Below, one piece after another: positions 1 through 8,597 of a stretch of 59,673 nucleotides of DNA; positions within the stretch are counted from its first letter, which is position 1; each line of letters opens with the position of its first letter. Under the pieces are notes generated by a model that saw nothing but the letters and a program-made list of their open reading frames with translations, had not been told where the DNA came from and searched no databases. Made by a program: the position numbers and the translations under genes. This stretch comes from a virus (taxonomy: Duplodnaviria > Caudoviricetes): positions 1 through 59,673 of the IMG/VR virus record IMGVR_UViG_3300045141_000191. One strand, 5' to 3'.

Positions 1-419
1 GGGTAGACGGAGGCGCCGCCCTGGCCGCCGTACTCCGTGCCGCCCATGACGAGCGCCGAGTGTCCAGCCGTGTCGGAGTCCCCGAAAAAGAACGCCTTCT
101 CGCCCGGGCCGCCGCGTCCAGTGCCCGCCTTCGAGACCATGAACTTCGTGAAGTCGTGGCCGGAGCCGTGGAAGACGACCTTCGGGCTCCCGTCCTCGTG
201 CACGACCTTCGACGCGCCGAACCACGCCTTGAACTGGGGCGTGTGGGTGAGCGTCGAGCCGCTGCCAGCCCAGCGGCCCGCCTCGTCTCGCGGCTGCTCC
301 TCGCTGTAGAGCTCGACCGGGACGAGGTACGCCCTGCGCCCTCGAGCAGGCGCGCGCTTGCCGCTGGCGATCCGTGCGGCCGCGCCCGCGAGGTCCAGGT
401 AGTGCCTACTTACGCCCAC
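1..419 (-). CDS. 5' part of the MuF-like polyvalent head protein (tag motif plus N-half of an ART-PolyVal-like domain); runs off the left end
   Basis: Not in the ORF track; my translation from GTG at 419 (overlaps the portal stop): MGVSRHYL...VELYSEEQPRDEAGRW...TPQFKAWFGASKVVHEDGSPKVVFHGSGHDFTKF...AFFFGD...ASVYP. FKxWFG-SKVV-DG-P-V-(F/Y)HG is the ART-PolyVal N-terminal signature. Confidence 0.8.
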   Translation of the reverse strand, partial: MGVSRHYLDLAGAAARIASGKRAPARGRRAYLVPVELYSEEQPRDEAGRWAGSGSTLTHTPQFKAWFGASKVVHEDGSPKVVFHGSGHDFTKFMVSKAGTGRGGPGEKAFFFGDSDTAGHSALVMGGTEYGGQGGASVY

Positions 420-2016
420 CGAGTCCCGTCCGCTTCTTGGCGTACTGGATCGCCCGCTTGCGCTCGTACTCCATGTAGCCGCGGATCACCTTGCGGACCT
501 CCTCGTACACGTGCGTGCCCTTGAGCGAGGGATCGACTGCGGCGGGGGCGAGCATCCGCTGCTCGACGAGCTCCTGCAGGGCGTCGAGCGCCTGCTTGTT
601 CTCGGCCGGCGGCCCGCCTGCGGGTGGTGTCGCGGCGGCTCCGGTCGGGAGGGCGCCGAGGTTCTTCTCGCCCTCCTGAGCGACGCGCAGCGTGCAGCGG
701 CGGACCAGATCCTCCGTGGCGATCGACTCGCCCGCGCCGGCGTTCTTGAGGTTGAGGGCCGTGGTGGCGAGCTGCACCGGGTCGTCGCGCTCGATGAACG
801 TGAGGCGAATGATCGGCGAGTGCTCGCGCGCGATGTCGTCGCCCAGGTTGCGGGCCACGAGGATGCGCCCGAGGTTGCGCGTGATCTGGGCCGAGAAGGT
901 CCGCAGGCGGGAGTTCGTGAGGTCGCGGAACTGATCCTGCGCCGTGATCGAGGACATCTTGCCGCCGACGCCCTTCTGAACGCCCGTGGCCTGCGAGTGC
1001 CCGAGGATGGCCTGGTCGTACTGGCGGACGCACCAGTCGATGATCGTCTCGAAGGGGTTCTGGCTCCCGCCGTTCGACGCCTCGAGCAGCTGGAGTTCGG
1101 TGCCCAGGTTGAACACGCCGTACGAGGTCGAGCCCATGTTCTTGAGTCCGGCCTTCGCCTCGGCCACGCGCTGCGGGTGGTTGAAGTCGACCTTCGCGAT
1201 GCGCGGCGGGATGCCGAACAGTTCGACGTACTTGGCGTACCAGCGCACGCCGTACTGCTGGATGCCCCACGGGACGAGGCACTGGAAAAAGAGGCCGCGC
1301 TGGTCGAGCGGCGTCGAGGGGTTGATCTCCGTGAAGAAGAGCCCTTCCGTCCCGCCGTCAGATCGCAGCGCGAGGTCGTCCACGGGCTCCCCGATCCACG
1401 AGTCGGGCGAGAGCATGAGCATCCACTTCCGGGTCAGCGGGTCGAGCCGGTGGCGACGCGCGGGGATCTGCTCGAGATAGTCGATCGAGTCGAACTTGCC
1501 GGCGTTGCCCCTCGGCAGCAGCGTGATCTTCGAGTCCGCGATCCCGTAGAAGTGCTGGTCGGCGTGGATCTCGATGAGCTCGGCCAGGTGCGGCGAGAGC
1601 GTGTCCTCGAGGAAGTCGCGTGCGGCCCGTGCGTTCGCGACGTCTTTCGGGTCCGCGTCCTCGGGCATCGAGCTGTCGTCGTCGTAGTCCTCCGGGTCCG
1701 TGACGAAGTCGGCGTTCGCGCTCTTCATGCCCTCGACGGCGAGCGTCTTTTGCGGGCCGGGTCCCATGCGCTGCCACTCGTCGTACATGGCGTAGAGGTA
1801 GCGCGGGTCGCTGTACCTCGCCCGGTGGCGGTTGTTGCGCACGTCCTCGGGCGTGAAGTCGCGGCCCAGGGTGACCAGGTTCGCGCGGTTGATGTCGCTC
1901 TGGTAGTCCGCGAGGATCTTGTCGACCTCGTCGCGGTTCTTTTCCTCGGCGTCCTTGATCGACGGGATGTCGTCTGGCGCGGTGCCGAGCATTCGCTGGA
2001 GAAACGTGCCGGCCAT
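406..2016 (-). CDS. Portal protein, DUF935 / Mu gp29-like
   Basis: 536 aa downstream of TerL; WYAKYVELFGIPPRIAK and QAILGH segments typical of DUF935 portals. Confidence 0.8.
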   Translation of the reverse strand: MAGTFLQRMLGTAPDDIPSIKDAEEKNRDEVDKILADYQSDINRANLVTLGRDFTPEDVRNNRHRARYSDPRYLYAMYDEWQRMGPGPQKTLAVEGMKSANADFVTDPEDYDDDSSMPEDADPKDVANARAARDFLEDTLSPHLAELIEIHADQHFYGIADSKITLLPRGNAGKFDSIDYLEQIPARRHRLDPLTRKWMLMLSPDSWIGEPVDDLALRSDGGTEGLFFTEINPSTPLDQRGLFFQCLVPWGIQQYGVRWYAKYVELFGIPPRIAKVDFNHPQRVAEAKAGLKNMGSTSYGVFNLGTELQLLEASNGGSQNPFETIIDWCVRQYDQAILGHSQATGVQKGVGGKMSSITAQDQFRDLTNSRLRTFSAQITRNLGRILVARNLGDDIAREHSPIIRLTFIERDDPVQLATTALNLKNAGAGESIATEDLVRRCTLRVAQEGEKNLGALPTGAAATPPAGGPPAENKQALDALQELVEQRMLAPAAVDPSLKGTHVYEEVRKVIRGYMEYERKRAIQYAKKRTGLGGRK

Positions 2017-2019
2017 GTG

Positions 2020-2382
2020 CTACTCCTTCGCCGCGTCGATCTCGCGCCTGATGCGCTTGTATTCCTTGCGGGATTTGATCACCGCGCCGTTCGAGGTCTT
2101 GTAGTGGTGGCGGAGCGTGCCGAACTTCACGCTGTCCCAGACGCGCTTGGCCATCTTCCAGCGCGGCGGAGCCTTCGCCAGGAGTCGCTCCTGCTTGGCG
2201 GCGGCCACCTTCACGCCCTTCGCACGCGTGGCCGCGAGCTGGGCGAGCATCCGGTCGACCGCCGGGTGCGGCGGCTCCGGGGCTGGGGTCGGCGTCGAGG
2301 CGGCCAGCGCCCTGCCCTGGCGAGCGAGGAACCGGGCGCGCCGGGCGGCCCGGTCATCGATGGCTTTTTCGCGTGCGTTCAT
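2020..2382 (-). CDS. Hypothetical basic protein
   Basis: 120 aa, AGGAGG SD upstream, fills the gap before the portal. Confidence 0.6.
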   Translation of the reverse strand: MNAREKAIDDRAARRARFLARQGRALAASTPTPAPEPPHPAVDRMLAQLAATRAKGVKVAAAKQERLLAKAPPRWKMAKRVWDSVKFGTLRHHYKTSNGAVIKSRKEYKRIRREIDAAKE

Positions 2383-2392
2383 CCGGTTCCTC

Positions 2393-2485
2393 CTACAGCG
2401 TCACGGCGGCCCAGATCGTGCCGGCGACCAGCAGCATCCAGCCGAGAACCGCGAACCAGAACTGCGCCCACTCCTTGCGCGTCAC
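2393..2485 (-). CDS. Small single-TM membrane peptide
   Basis: GTGA overlap with the upstream stop; MTRKEWAQFWFAVLGWMLLVAGTIWAAVTL. Confidence 0.45.
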   Translation of the reverse strand: MTRKEWAQFWFAVLGWMLLVAGTIWAAVTL

Positions 2486-2715
2486 TCGAACGCCGCCTCG
2501 AGCGCTGCCATCACCGCGAGCTTGTGCTCGATGAGGTACTGGGCCTGCATCCGCCGCCCTTCTTTCGCCGCCTCCGGGAGCTCGTGCCATTCCGTGAACG
2601 GCTCGTCGCCCCACACGGGCCGGTTGAGAACCTTGCCCTTCTGGACGGCCTCGCGCCCCGCCTCGTGCAGGATGCGGGCGAGGCGCTCAGAGGCGTAGAG
2701 GCGACCGTCCATCAC
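2482..2715 (-). CDS. Hypothetical protein
   Basis: 77 aa, coupled to the TerL stop; WHELPEAAKE resembles RyR-like phage domains. Confidence 0.55.
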   Translation of the reverse strand: MMDGRLYASERLARILHEAGREAVQKGKVLNRPVWGDEPFTEWHELPEAAKEGRRMQAQYLIEHKLAVMAALEAAFE

Positions 2716-4172
2716 CGGTAGCCCTCGTCCGGCAGTTCGTCGCCGGGGCCGGGTTCGTCAGACTCGTCGCGCGAGTAGATCGCCGGCTGGCCCAGTTCGC
2801 CCACGAACTCGCCCGTGCCCTCGATCGCGAGCCCGTCCACGTGCGCGGCGATGTAGCGCAGGGTGTCCATCCCGTGATCGAACTTCTTCACCGGCTCCTC
2901 CCTGAGCGCGCGACCGTCTGGAGCTGTCGGCCAAGAATAGACCTCGAACTCCTCCAGGGAACAGGTCGGAAGGTGCGCGGCGGCCAGATCCGGGTCGCGC
3001 TCCTCGCAGGCGTCCTCGACCACGTAGAGGCGGGGCTTGCCGTCGCCCTGGACAGCGAGGCGCGCTTGGAGGTTCTGGATGCCCGGCGATACCGACTTGA
3101 ACGCCGGGAGGGTCGGGATGCCGCGACGCTCGAGCGTTGCGCGGCCCTCGGCGTCGTGGTCGGCCACGGCTGTCGCGGGCGGGCGCCCGAGCCGGTAGCG
3201 CTTGATCTCCTCGGCGTGATCCTCCACGAGGCGCTTCGTCCGGTAGATTTCGCGCTCGAGGTACATCCGGCCGTCGCCGTCGAGCGCGACCCGCTGCCAG
3301 CAGAACGGGTTCGAGTAGCCGAAGTCGATCCCCTCGTACCACTGGGTCACGATCAGCTTGTCGAACGCCTCGCGCGTGATGACGTGGACGCCGCGGTCGA
3401 ACGTGTCGTAGACGGCGCCCTCGGCCTGCACCCACTTGCCGCGGAACAGGCGTTCGCGGCGGACGCCCGTCAGCGCCTGCAGCGTGGCCAGCGAGCGCTC
3501 GCCCTGCGCCGTGATGTGGCCGTCGTCGTCGAAGAGCGTCGGGTTGTCGGTGTGGACCGAGTGCAGGAGCTTGATGCGGGGCCGCTTGAGAATCCAGTGC
3601 GTGGGCGGTCCGGGGTTGCAGTCGCCGAAGAGCATCGGGGTGGGCGTCACGACGCCGCGGCCAGTCGTTCTCGTGGTGCAGTATTCCCAGTCGTTGACCT
3701 GGAGCTGTTCCGCCTGGTTGACGTACATCCAGTCCAGCTCGGACGACAGGACCTTGCCAGGGTCGTCCAGCCCCGCCACGAAGCAGCGCGCGCCGTTGCC
3801 GTAGTGGAACGACTCGACGCTGCGGCCGCCGTAGCGCGTGACGCCCCCCCGAATGCTGACGATGCGATCCCAGGTCTCGAGGACGGTCGTGACCATGTCC
3901 TTGCGCACCTTGCGGACGATGGCGGCCTTCGCCTTCGGCGTCGTGCGCAGGAGCGAGTCGAGGTACCAGAGGCCCGCGTAGGTCTTGCCGGTTTCGGCCG
4001 GTCCGGCGAGGAGCCATTCCTGCGTGGTCGTGCGCTGCGCCTCGAGCGCGGCGCCCCGGAACCTGGGGACGGCCACCGGCTGGAGTCGGGCGCGTTCGCG
4101 CTTGAGCTTCAGGGCCGCCGCGGCGAGCGGGAGGAGCTGCAGCGCGGCGCCAGCCCTCGCCTCTGGCTTCAC
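2712..4172 (-). CDS. terL: Terminase large subunit
   Basis: Walker A GPAETGKT, atypical Walker B YVNQAEQ, coupling motif DCNP, RNase H-like nuclease motifs GIDFGYSNP and DHGMDTLRY. Confidence 0.93.
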   Translation of the reverse strand: MKPEARAGAALQLLPLAAAALKLKRERARLQPVAVPRFRGAALEAQRTTTQEWLLAGPAETGKTYAGLWYLDSLLRTTPKAKAAIVRKVRKDMVTTVLETWDRIVSIRGGVTRYGGRSVESFHYGNGARCFVAGLDDPGKVLSSELDWMYVNQAEQLQVNDWEYCTTRTTGRGVVTPTPMLFGDCNPGPPTHWILKRPRIKLLHSVHTDNPTLFDDDGHITAQGERSLATLQALTGVRRERLFRGKWVQAEGAVYDTFDRGVHVITREAFDKLIVTQWYEGIDFGYSNPFCWQRVALDGDGRMYLEREIYRTKRLVEDHAEEIKRYRLGRPPATAVADHDAEGRATLERRGIPTLPAFKSVSPGIQNLQARLAVQGDGKPRLYVVEDACEERDPDLAAAHLPTCSLEEFEVYSWPTAPDGRALREEPVKKFDHGMDTLRYIAAHVDGLAIEGTGEFVGELGQPAIYSRDESDEPGPGDELPDEGYR

Positions 4173-4549
4173 GCGTCCGGCGGCGGCTCGTCGCCCGTGT
4201 CGAGCGGCGCCATCTCCTGCTCATCGACCAGCTGCTTGGCGGTGGCCAGGAGGACGTCGAGCGGCACGCCGGCGTCCTCGGCCAGGCGGCGCGCCGCGGC
4301 GTGCATGTCGACCTCGACGCGCGCGACCGGGAGCCCCCAGCGGTACTTGAACAGGAACATCCAGGCGTCGAGGCGGATGCGCTGGTTCGGCGAGGTCAGG
4401 AACTCCTCGACCACGTGCGAATGCTTGTCGAGCACCGTCTTGGCGAAGTCGATCAGTTCGCGGGTCTTGCGGTTCTGCACGCCCGTGCGCGTGATCTTGT
4501 GCCCCGGCTCGAACGCCCAGGACTTCGGCGGCTCCGGCTCGTCGCTCAT
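4169..4549 (-). CDS. Putative terminase small subunit
   Basis: 126 aa, overlaps the TerL start; N-terminal F-E-P-G-H motif as in DUF5681-like small terminases. Confidence 0.6.
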   Translation of the reverse strand: MSDEPEPPKSWAFEPGHKITRTGVQNRKTRELIDFAKTVLDKHSHVVEEFLTSPNQRIRLDAWMFLFKYRWGLPVARVEVDMHAAARRLAEDAGVPLDVLLATAKQLVDEQEMAPLDTGDEPPPDA

Positions 4550-4632
4550 GGCCAGCGCTCACGCTCGCGCACTTTTCGACACCGCGCAAGGCGAAATTTG
4601 CCGGGAGTGGCGATTCTGCGACACCTCCGGAA

Positions 4633-4648
4633 TGTTTCACGGGAAACG
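4633..4648. promoter_or_regulatory. parS-like palindrome TGTTTCACGGGAAACG
   Basis: 14/16 match to the bacterial parS consensus TGTTTCACGTGAAACA; intergenic. Confidence 0.6.
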
Positions 4649-4727
4649 TTCTGGCCCACCGGGTCAGGTTTTCGCCGTCGAAATCTGACCCGGCCCTGGC
4701 GTACCGTATGCAGTCGGAGGTGCCCCC

Positions 4728-4967
4728 ATGAGCGGAAAAGACGAGAAGGCCGAACACGCGACGAAGGCCGAGCACAAGGGCAAGGCCAGCAAGGACGCGC
4801 CCGAGGCGGTCGAGCCGTACGACCCGGCCGCCCAGGCGATCGAGACGATGGCGGCGAACGCCGCGGTCGCCGAGGCCGAGGCGAAGGCGCAGGCCGAGTT
4901 CGAGGCCGGACGCCCCGACCGCGAGAAGGCGACCAGGGAGTCGCAGGAGGGCGCGATTTCGCGCTAG
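4728..4967 (+). CDS. Hypothetical small charged Ala/Glu/Lys-rich protein (lone plus-strand gene here)
   Basis: GGAGGTG SD, strong GC3 codon bias, followed by a terminator-like hairpin. Confidence 0.65.
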   Translation: MSGKDEKAEHATKAEHKGKASKDAPEAVEPYDPAAQAIETMAANAAVAEAEAKAQAEFEAGRPDREKATRESQEGAISR

Positions 4968-4993
4968 GGTCAAGGGCGAAATCGCGTCAGAAC

Positions 4994-5035
4994 GGCCCCG
5001 CAACCCCGGTTTTTGCTGTCGCGCGGGGCCTTTTT
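4994..5035 (+). terminator. Putative intrinsic terminator
   Basis: GGCCCCGC...GCGGGGCC stem followed by TTTTT; lies between convergent genes. Confidence 0.5.
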
Positions 5036-5061
5036 CCCGCTTTTTTCGCGCAGTCCCGTTT

Positions 5062-5310
5062 TCACCGTCGGAACCTCGAGGCGCTCGGGCACGTGGCGAA
5101 ATGCGACGTGTACCGAGCGCCGATCGTCGCCAGGTCGCGCCTCGCGTACCGGGCCACCGGGGGCACCGAGCCGCCGCGGGTCGCGCCGTCCGCCGGGTCG
5201 AGGATGAACAGGCCCCCCGGTACTGGCTCGGCGTCGAGAGGCATGCGCTTGCCCGCCTCCGTCACGGCCCAGATCATCGGGGCTCCGCACCCGCTGCAGC
5301 GCGCGCTCAT
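5062..5310 (-). CDS. Conserved phage Zn-binding protein
   Basis: MSARCSGCGAPMIW...MPLDAEP...SHFATCP; ATGA overlap with the upstream gene. Confidence 0.7.
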   Translation of the reverse strand: MSARCSGCGAPMIWAVTEAGKRMPLDAEPVPGGLFILDPADGATRGGSVPPVARYARRDLATIGARYTSHFATCPSASRFRR

Positions 5311-5681
5311 GGCCTGGGCCTCGGCCTCGGCGCAGCTCCCGGAGCGAACGGGCGCCCGCCTGGACGGCGCTTGAGCTTCGGCCGGAGCACGGCGGCGACC
5401 CGGTCGAAGTCCGCCAGGCCGAAAATCACGGTCGCCTCGTCGCGGGCGACCTGGAACGGCTCGGCGCCGGCGGCCTTGAGCTCCGCCAGGGCCATCCGGA
5501 TGTAGGCCGTCCGGATCATCGCCTGCAGGCGCTCGCCCCCGTGCGGGTAGATTCGGGCCTTCCAGCGGCCGCAGATGACCTCCTCGTTCCACGGGTCGAG
5601 TCGCTCGCCCGGTACGTGGTCCGCGGACATGCGGACCCGGAGCCGCGGGAACCGTTTCGAGAGCGTCACGCATTCAGCCAT
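5307..5681 (-). CDS. Hypothetical protein
   Basis: 124 aa ORF with purine-rich SD and coupled stop. Confidence 0.55.
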   Translation of the reverse strand: MAECVTLSKRFPRLRVRMSADHVPGERLDPWNEEVICGRWKARIYPHGGERLQAMIRTAYIRMALAELKAAGAEPFQVARDEATVIFGLADFDRVAAVLRPKLKRRPGGRPFAPGAAPRPRPRP

Positions 5682-5812
5682 TCGCCTTCCCCCCCCTCTC
5701 GGTTAAAATCTCCTGGTGCCCGCCACGGCGGCGGCGGCGAGCCCCAGAACGCCCGACCGCCTCGTGCGTGACCCCCAACCCCGCCGCCCCGCCGCCTCGC
5801 CTCCGCCCCCCC

Positions 5813-6349
5813 TCACGGCCTGGGCCTCGGCGGTCGGCCACCCTTGCCCCGGATGCCGCGCTGGTAGGTCCGGCGCCTGATCGGCGTCAGGCGGATCTTG
5901 AGCAGGAGGGCGTCGAGCTCCTCGCCGTGCCGGGCGCGCGCGTCAGCCTCCGGCCCGGACGCCGGCCCGGTGCTGAGGGCGTTCAGCGCCTCCTGGAGCA
6001 GCCCGATCAGGAGGGCGCGCTCGTCCGGCGCCAGGCGCACGATCGCGGCCTCGACCGTCGTCACGCCCGTTCGCGGCGGTCGCACTGGGCGGGGGCGGGC
6101 TGGTCTGGGCGGCGCTGGCACCGCGTGCCATTTTCCGTCGTCGAACGCGACGAACCCCCGGAGGCGCAGATCCTCGAGCGTCTCGACCAGGCGGCGGCGG
6201 TAGACGCCCTGGATCGGCCCGGACGGTGGCGCCCGGTAGAACTCGGCCAGGACGCACCCCAGGAGATCGCCGAACGCCAGGGGGCCGCCGCGAAGTGCCC
6301 GGAGCGCTGGCGATTCGACCGGCCGCCACGTATCTGTCTGTGCCCGCAT
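5813..6349 (-). CDS. Hypothetical Arg-rich protein, possibly DNA-binding
   Basis: 178 aa; TAATG overlap with the upstream ORF. Confidence 0.45.
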   Translation of the reverse strand: MRAQTDTWRPVESPALRALRGGPLAFGDLLGCVLAEFYRAPPSGPIQGVYRRRLVETLEDLRLRGFVAFDDGKWHAVPAPPRPARPRPVRPPRTGVTTVEAAIVRLAPDERALLIGLLQEALNALSTGPASGPEADARARHGEELDALLLKIRLTPIRRRTYQRGIRGKGGRPPRPRP

Positions 6350-6819
6350 TACTTACACTCCTTCGTGCCCGGTTCGCCCAGGCTCGTTCCCGGTTCGCCG
6401 CAGACGCATGGCCGCCCACCTGGCCAGCCGCAAGCCCCGGCCCGGTGGTCAGGGTGCCGGCACATCGGACAGGGCTCCGGCTCCGGGAGCTCGCGCCGGT
6501 ACAGCGCCACGAACCCGGCCTGCTCGAGGACGACCGTCGCCACCCCCTGCCGCTCGAAATGCGCCCGCCAGGTCGCGAAGTCGTACCGGCCGTGGACCCA
6601 CTGGCTGAACCTGGCGAACCCCTCCGGAACGTCCGGAGGGTCCGCGGCGAGCTTCGGCCAGCGGCCCGGCCCGCTACGAGGCCCTGGGTGCCCCGACCTC
6701 GGCTCCGCGCCCGAATCCCCGGCCTTCGGCGTCCGATCGCCTCCAGCCGCCTGCGGGGCGTCTGGGGGGGCCGTTCGCTGGCGTCCTGGGTGCGAGGTCT
6801 GCGGCGGGTGGGTTCTCAT
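6349..6819 (-). CDS. Hypothetical protein with C-terminal Cys/His cluster
   Basis: GGAGG SD before ATG at 6819; CPMCRHPDH...C...CVC. Confidence 0.45.
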   Translation of the reverse strand: MRTHPPQTSHPGRQRTAPPDAPQAAGGDRTPKAGDSGAEPRSGHPGPRSGPGRWPKLAADPPDVPEGFARFSQWVHGRYDFATWRAHFERQGVATVVLEQAGFVALYRRELPEPEPCPMCRHPDHRAGACGWPGGRPCVCGEPGTSLGEPGTKECK

Positions 6820-6904
6820 GGGTTCCTCCGTCCGGGCGTAGGCGCGAAATCCGGCCTCCGGCTGGCCCGGTCCGTCTGGGGGTTTCGCGGCCATCCGGTC
6901 TGGG

Positions 6905-7071
6905 CGAAGTGAGCACGAACGGCCGTTCTTGGTTCTCGCTTCGGAAGTGGGCACTGCGAGCATACGAGAACCGGTCACGGGAATGGAGCGTTTCACCTAC
7001 GCTCCCATTCCCGGGTGACCGGTTGTCTCGTACCGAGCACGGGGACCGGTTCGTGCCCGGTTCGGTGCTCG
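6905..7071. repeat. Three tandem inverted repeats (candidate origin or structured RNA)
   Basis: Arms CGAAGTGAG/CTCGCTTCG; TACGAGAACCGGTCACGGGAATGGAGCG/CGCTCCCATTCCCGGGTGACCGGTTGTCTCGTA; CGAGCAC..ACCGG/CCGGT..GTGCTCG. Confidence 0.7.
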
Positions 7072-7137
7072 CTTCTTTTCATCCCTGACCCGCCGCCGCG
7101 AGGAGGGCGAGCGCGAGGCTGCGGAATGTCATTCCCC

Positions 7138-8379
7138 TCATTCCTCCTGTTCGTCCTGGGGGTCGTCGTCGGGTGGGATGCTGAAGAGCGTGCGCGGGCT
7201 GGGTCCGAGGTACCAGAGTTCGCCGCCTCCTCGACCCGCTCGGCGCTTGGAGTGGATCTTGCCGGTCTGGAGGAGACGAACGCGGGCCTCGCGCAGCGTC
7301 TCGCTGGAGAGGTGGGCGTCCTTGCGGACGTCGTTCCATGAGACGCCGTCGCGGGCGCGGATGATCCCCTCGACGATCGGCATGGCCGCCGCAACGGCCG
7401 CCTCGTTCTTGGCCAGGATGTCCGAATCGGATTCGACCTCGTCCTCCTCAAGGAACCGCTTGCGCGCCCAGTCGAGGACGAGGGGGGTCGGTCCGGTCCA
7501 GCCCGAGATGCGGTTCTTCGGGATCTGCGCGCGGACCTTCGGGTTCAGTTCCGTGCCCTTGTTCTCGAGGTGGAGCATGAGATCGACGTCCCACTCCATG
7601 CCGCCACCCCACGCCGCGGCGATCGGGTCCGTCAGGTCGGCCTCGTTCTTTTTCCCGAACGAGGCGCGGTTGATGCGCGTGACGAGAAACGTGATCAGCG
7701 CGTACTTTCTTGTTAACTCGAAAACCGTCCGCGAGGCCCGCTGGACACGCTCGACCGGCGACTCGCGCTGGATCATCCCGGCCAGGCGGAGCGTCTGGGC
7801 CGAGTCGAGGAGGAGCACGCGCTGCAGCCCCGGCGGAGCGAACGCGTCGAGCTCCACAACGATCTGCTCGAGCGTCGCCGCCCGGTGAAAGTGATCCACG
7901 ATCCGATAGAACGGCAGCGCGTCGATCCTGGCCACCGCCTCAGCGACAGCACCGGGATCGTTCCGCAGGATCTCCGTCCGCCGCTGCCCGAGTTGCTGCG
8001 CGATCGTCACCGCCGCCGACGCGTTGCCCTCGTCCGAAAAGTAGACGGCCACGGCACACGCCGGCGCCAGATGGAGCGACAGCTGCGTCGCTAGCATCGA
8101 CTTGCCACCACCCGGCGGGCCCTGGATCACCACGAAATTCCCGGCGAAAAGCCCACCGTCGAGCCGCTGGTCGATCTTGGAGAAGCCGGTCGGGAATCGC
8201 GGCCCCGTCCCGGCACGGAGCCGCATGACCTCCCCGTACGACAGGAAGAGCCCAGGCGTCGGGAGCCCGCCCTCGACCAGCGCACGAGCCGCTCGCACCC
8301 GGTCGAGATCCAGCAGGATCCGCGATTCCTCCTGCTCTAAGTCCGTCAGAACCGATGGCCGGTCGCCATCCGCCGTCAC
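7138..8379 (-). CDS. DnaB/RecA-superfamily ATPase (helicase-like C-domain) with C-terminal extension
   Basis: TGFSKIDQRLDGGL..GNFVVIQGPPGGGKS Walker A, LLLDSAQ Walker B, IPKNR arginine finger. Confidence 0.8.
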   Translation of the reverse strand: MTADGDRPSVLTDLEQEESRILLDLDRVRAARALVEGGLPTPGLFLSYGEVMRLRAGTGPRFPTGFSKIDQRLDGGLFAGNFVVIQGPPGGGKSMLATQLSLHLAPACAVAVYFSDEGNASAAVTIAQQLGQRRTEILRNDPGAVAEAVARIDALPFYRIVDHFHRAATLEQIVVELDAFAPPGLQRVLLLDSAQTLRLAGMIQRESPVERVQRASRTVFELTRKYALITFLVTRINRASFGKKNEADLTDPIAAAWGGGMEWDVDLMLHLENKGTELNPKVRAQIPKNRISGWTGPTPLVLDWARKRFLEEDEVESDSDILAKNEAAVAAAMPIVEGIIRARDGVSWNDVRKDAHLSSETLREARVRLLQTGKIHSKRRAGRGGGELWYLGPSPRTLFSIPPDDDPQDEQEE

Positions 8380-8597
8380 CTTGCCACCGCCGACGAGCGC
8401 TCGAGCAGGAGCTGCCGGTACAGATCATCCACCGTCGCCAGCGCCGCCACAACCGCCGCCCTCTCGGCTCGATCGTGACTCTTGGCCGCCTCCGGCCTCG
8501 TCGGGTCGTTGATCCGGATCGCCAGAAAATCAATCCGGCGCTGCAACCTTTTTCTGCGGTCCGTCGACAGATACCGGGGACTGATCGGTCCGCGCAT
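8376..8597 (-). CDS. Hypothetical protein
   Basis: GGAGG SD; stop overlaps the helicase start. Confidence 0.45.
   Translation of the reverse strand: MRGPISPRYLSTDRRKRLQRRIDFLAIRINDPTRPEAAKSHDRAERAAVVAALATVDDLYRQLLLERSSAVAR

Noticed and set aside
406-2016. Transposable Mu-like lifestyle implied by Mu-type head genes
   Set aside because: No MuA/MuB-like genes or host-DNA ends seen; Mu-type head modules occur in non-transposable phages.
511-2721. Long plus-strand ORFs opposite real genes (e.g. 511-2721, 2841-4688, 9042-10919, 37903-40278, 41940-44096, 52810-55164)
   Set aside because: Antisense shadows caused by high GC3 codon bias; Arg/Gly/Val-rich, no motifs, and they overlap well-supported minus-strand genes.
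5682-5812. C-runs giving a potential G-quadruplex on the minus strand
   Set aside because: Plausible by chance at this GC content, and no independent support.
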